Positions 47,256 to 50,335 of a stretch of DNA of 50,335 nucleotides are shown piece after piece (position 1 is the first letter of the stretch; each line of letters begins with the position of its first letter). The translations under genes and the position numbers were made by a program. The stretch lies in IMG/VR virus record IMGVR_UViG_3300030330_004809, positions 1 to 50,335 of that record; one strand, 5' to 3'. Origin of the DNA: a virus (taxonomy: Duplodnaviria; Caudoviricetes). The notes below the pieces were generated by a model. The model saw nothing but the letters and a program-made list of their open reading frames with translations. It made no database searches and had not been told where the DNA came from.

Positions 47256-48784
47256 TACTTTTTAGTCTTACCACCCAAAGAAGGGGCATAGGACGTTGTT
47301 CTGCCCCTTAGATTTCTTGGCCCTGGGACTATAAGTGACGATGGCAAAGCTCTATCAATTGTATTGTGCCTCTGTCTGCCTGTAACCTCACTGTTCAAAG
47401 AATTTATAGTATAGTCATCACCTATCTGGTTAGTAGAAGCGATCTCCCCATACACCTCATCAAATTCATCAATTTTTAATATTGATATAGTACAATTCTC
47501 ATCAAAAGTGGTACTTCCAGCAGATGGGTTTGCCGTAATCTGAATATAATCACTAGCATCGGCTTCTACTATAAGACATATTGTCTTTTCTTGTGGGTCA
47601 AAATTATTATGGATATAGACATTTCCAGTGTACACGGTAGATGAGCCATTTTTCTTAACCTTCGTAGTGAAGGTAGTACCAGAAGATACATTAAAAAGAA
47701 GGTTACAATAAATAAGATATTTACCTGCATTAGTAAAAGAAAACCTTCCATTTGACTGTGTATAGGTTATGCCAGCTGCCGTTACATGTGATGTTGGATT
47801 GTAACTAGACCATCCCGCAGAGCTAAAGCAGGTGGTATCGGACCCTGATGACAACGCGTTTGAATCGCTACCGCACGTAATACTCGTCATAGCAGACGGT
47901 GTAGAGCCATCCCTTGAAACATCAATAATTGTAAAAGATGAGCCCTGCTCTATTATAATATTGGCTGTCCCAGAGCTTGGCTCTAATCTGCCACCAGCTG
48001 TTTGTCCCCCAGTTAATGATTTCAGTATTGCATAAGTTGTTTCTTTAGGGTCAGAACTAGTTTTAACACTGTAGGTAGAGTCTGCTATCTCACTACCATT
48101 CGCGAAAAGATCTACTGCAATATCAGTGTTAGCATCTGTTTGAGCTATAAGGCTCTGCATCATTAGAAATGTAGAGGTATTATCAGGAGTTAGTTTTCCT
48201 GTAGAAGCAGTGTAGGTAACATTCTTTAACTTAGTATCAATCGTTCCGCCAAAGTCAGAGTCGCCCATGAATCTGGTGCCTGTAGTGCTGGTACTATCAG
48301 CCGTATAGGCTATACTTCCATAATCACCCCTGACTCTAATCAAAGTTATCTGTGAGCCAGCTTGGCATGATAAAGTTCTTCCTGCGTGTATCGTTTTTAC
48401 AGTGACATTTAAAGTATCCCCGGCCTTAACTTCCACTAAACCAAAAAAAGTATAGCTTCTAGGATCGAGTGAGGGGTGTCCATATATTGATGAACTTGTA
48501 TAAACTTCTGTTGTGTTTACAAATATCCTACCTTCCACGCCTGTTGCTGAGCCTGCTATTATGCCTGGGATATCAAAAAGAACAAAGTAGGTTCCAGAAA
48601 CTTCAAAAGTAAAATTACCAGTATCAGAAGAATAGGAAATGTCTCTAGATGCAACTGTAGTAGCTGTATAAGTGCTATATGCATTTGACTTAAAGGGGTT
48701 GTACTGTAAGTTGGCTGCTGCATTAGAGTCGGTGCTTGTATGAACACAAGCATAGGAACTAAATTTTACATCATCTAAAGACAT
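47255..48784 (-). CDS. Protein with three tandem C1q/TNF-like (BclA C-terminal-like) domains
   Basis: Three repeats of about 145 aa: GNFTFEVSGTYFV / GKLTPDNTSTFLM / GRFSFTNAGKYLI, each followed by a DP motif and ..AGD.L.V. Confidence 0.7.
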   Translation of the reverse strand: MSLDDVKFSSYACVHTSTDSNAAANLQYNPFKSNAYSTYTATTVASRDISYSSDTGNFTFEVSGTYFVLFDIPGIIAGSATGVEGRIFVNTTEVYTSSSIYGHPSLDPRSYTFFGLVEVKAGDTLNVTVKTIHAGRTLSCQAGSQITLIRVRGDYGSIAYTADSTSTTGTRFMGDSDFGGTIDTKLKNVTYTASTGKLTPDNTSTFLMMQSLIAQTDANTDIAVDLFANGSEIADSTYSVKTSSDPKETTYAILKSLTGGQTAGGRLEPSSGTANIIIEQGSSFTIIDVSRDGSTPSAMTSITCGSDSNALSSGSDTTCFSSAGWSSYNPTSHVTAAGITYTQSNGRFSFTNAGKYLIYCNLLFNVSSGTTFTTKVKKNGSSTVYTGNVYIHNNFDPQEKTICLIVEADASDYIQITANPSAGSTTFDENCTISILKIDEFDEVYGEIASTNQIGDDYTINSLNSEVTGRQRHNTIDRALPSSLIVPGPRNLRGRTTSYAPSLGGKTKK

Positions 48785-48792
48785 CTAAACCT

Positions 48793-49203
48793 CTACTCCT
48801 GGTCGTCCTGCTCTTCCTCTAGGGTGACAAGATATGCTTTGTGAGACATACCAGGATGCTTGTCAGGGCAGCCACATCCACCATGAAGCTCCTCAAGAGT
48901 TTCTTCTTCCTCTTCTTCTAGAAGATTCTTTTCTAATTCTTTATCTAACGCTCGCCCAAACTTATCTCTTGCTTTGATGCCTTTGCGAGCAGTGCGAGCA
49001 GCCTGTCGTCCATCCTTTCCACCGCCAGCATCAGCAGAGGCTTTTGCAACATCGGCCTTCTTTTGTAGACGTTTGGCTTTCTTATCTTTCCCAAGCTCTG
49101 CTGCTTGCACAGCTTTATCAAATTTATCTTCTTTTTCCTTGAGATTAAACTTCTCCATAAGAAGGCGATTAAGCTCATTCTGCTTCCATTCGTTAAGTTT
49201 CAT
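48793..49203 (-). CDS. Hypothetical protein with N-terminal repeated tag, basic core and Cys/His tail
   Basis: 136 aa. N-terminus duplicates the C-terminus of the upstream protein. ATGA overlap. Confidence 0.7.
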   Translation of the reverse strand: MKLNEWKQNELNRLLMEKFNLKEKEDKFDKAVQAAELGKDKKAKRLQKKADVAKASADAGGGKDGRQAARTARKGIKARDKFGRALDKELEKNLLEEEEEETLEELHGGCGCPDKHPGMSHKAYLVTLEEEQDDQE

Positions 49204-49277
49204 TTTGTAACTCCTAAGTTAAATTTTTCTAATAAAAGCTTATTAAGCTCTTCGTTTTTCCATTCCCTTAGAGAAAT
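49141..49277 (-). repeat. Protein-level tandem repeat L.EWK..ELN.LL.EKFNL spanning a gene junction
   Basis: SLREWKNEELNKLLLEKFNL (end of the upstream gene) versus KLNEWKQNELNRLLMEKFNL (start of the downstream gene). Confidence 0.85.
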
Positions 49278-50335
49278 GCTTTCCTCCATGGCAGTGTATA
49301 ATTTAAGTGGGTCGGTCGTTTTAGATGCCGAACTCCCCACACGCACCTCCCAATGCAAGTGGGGCCCTTGCGAATGGCCGGTATTCCCGGTATATGTTAA
49401 AATATCCCCTTTTTTGTATTTCTTTCCTCTGGTGTCTTTCGTATCATCCCGAAGGTGCAAAAAAGAATGCCATGTGTGCGGTATGTCATCAACCTTGTCA
49501 GTCTTGAATTTGATATAATTGCCATTTCCTTTGCTGTACCCTGCCTTAACAACTTCTCCGTCGTAGGGGGCGTACACAGGAGTTCCAACTTCCACACTAA
49601 AGTCAACACCACCATGATGGTGTGGTTTACCATATCTATCTGGGTTTAGTGCCACTAGTTCTTTATCATAACTTAAATCCCTCATACCGAAGCGGCTTGA
49701 AATTCGCGGGCTACCTTTCAGTGGAAATGCAAAGACGCCAGAAGCATAAACAGCTTGAGGCGTTATTTTGCGTGCGCCTGTTGAAGCTGAGGCCGTTGGT
49801 TTCCCGGATGAGTCATCATAAAAAGAACTCATAGAATAAAAAGATTCTACTTCCTCGTCAGACAAGTCATCAAATTTAGAAGCATCCGGTATGACTATTT
49901 CTACATCAGGGTATATTAGATCTGGATTTTCACCAATTATTTCTCTATTAGCCTTATAAATAACTGGCCACATTCGGGCGTTGCCGTACTGCCTTTTTGC
50001 AATACCAGAAAGGGTATCACCATCTACAATTGTATATTTTTTATTTTCTTTGATTAAACTTTCTTTAAGTGGCATTGGAATACGTATCTTACCAGACTTG
50101 ACAGAATCCTCCCAATCCCTAAAACATAGATTGCCAACACTGTACGCTTCTTCTTCCATCTTCCTCATGTGGCTGTCTGTCTGAGCGTAGCCAGGAGTCG
50201 TGTCAGGGGTGTGCCCGAACTCGCCCCTACAGTTTTGCCCATGATGGACCAACTCGTGTGAGAGGGACCTTAGAACGTCTTTGGGGTGCCTTCCTGTAAC
50301 ATACACAGTGATGTGTCCTGTCGCAGGCTCATAGT
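49200..50335 (-). CDS. Zincin-LysM-M23 peptidase fusion (5' partial)
   Basis: Frame open to the window edge (YEPATGHITVYV). HELVH..EEEAY zincin, YTIVDGDTLSGIA..W..IY..N..NPDLIYP LysM, and HGGVD with GPHLHWEV M23 zinc ligands. Confidence 0.88.
   Translation of the reverse strand, partial: YEPATGHITVYVTGRHPKDVLRSLSHELVHHGQNCRGEFGHTPDTTPGYAQTDSHMRKMEEEAYSVGNLCFRDWEDSVKSGKIRIPMPLKESLIKENKKYTIVDGDTLSGIAKRQYGNARMWPVIYKANREIIGENPDLIYPDVEIVIPDASKFDDLSDEEVESFYSMSSFYDDSSGKPTASASTGARKITPQAVYASGVFAFPLKGSPRISSRFGMRDLSYDKELVALNPDRYGKPHHHGGVDFSVEVGTPVYAPYDGEVVKAGYSKGNGNYIKFKTDKVDDIPHTWHSFLHLRDDTKDTRGKKYKKGDILTYTGNTGHSQGPHLHWEVRVGSSASKTTDPLKLYTAMEESISLREWKNEELNKLLLEKFNLGVTK

Noticed and set aside
891-50184. 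Numerous plus-strand and nested short ORFs in the track
   Set aside because: All overlap longer minus-strand genes or RNA features, lack recognisable motifs and read as antisense shadows.
1-50335. Alternative genetic code (stop codon reassignment as in some large phages)
   Set aside because: Very long ORFs are intact under code 11, and TAA, TAG and TGA all occur at sensible gene ends.

Overview
The window is a 50 kb piece of a large lytic tailed phage (jumbo/huge myovirus-like). Every credible gene is on the minus strand, and many have overlapping stop/start codons. In transcription order (right to left) it holds five blocks. (1) 50.3-45.7 kb: probable head-internal proteins, including a zincin-LysM-M23 peptidase fusion, plus a triple C1q-like protein and a Fis-like HTH protein. 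(2) 45.7-42.1 kb: a structured non-coding segment, a DUF2061-like gene overlapping a complete one-piece tmRNA, an LpxH-like phosphoesterase, an HNH endonuclease and PIN-PhoH. (3) 42.0-31.1 kb: an operon behind a consensus sigma70 promoter, with a zincin, a Cas4/RecB-like nuclease, four glycosyltransferases, a nucleotide-sugar cassette (short DegT aminotransferase, formyltransferase, Fcl-like and SDR enzymes), DUF962, an FmdB zinc ribbon protein and a gp55-like late sigma factor. (4) 31.1-10 kb: a contractile-tail baseplate module (split gp5-like spike, 2061 aa Cys-rich protein, gp25, gp6, and a 2991 aa gp7/gpI-like LamG protein). (5) 10-0 kb: further virion structural genes. The best leads are a tmRNA with an internal Shine-Dalgarno site and start codon in frame with its degron tag, a putative virion glycosylation system with a candidate [S/T]-[G/A/S]-S sequon, a reusable tag-plus-cargo design in the head proteins, and an ACTATTTA late-promoter candidate. 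All calls come from reading motifs by eye; no searches were run.
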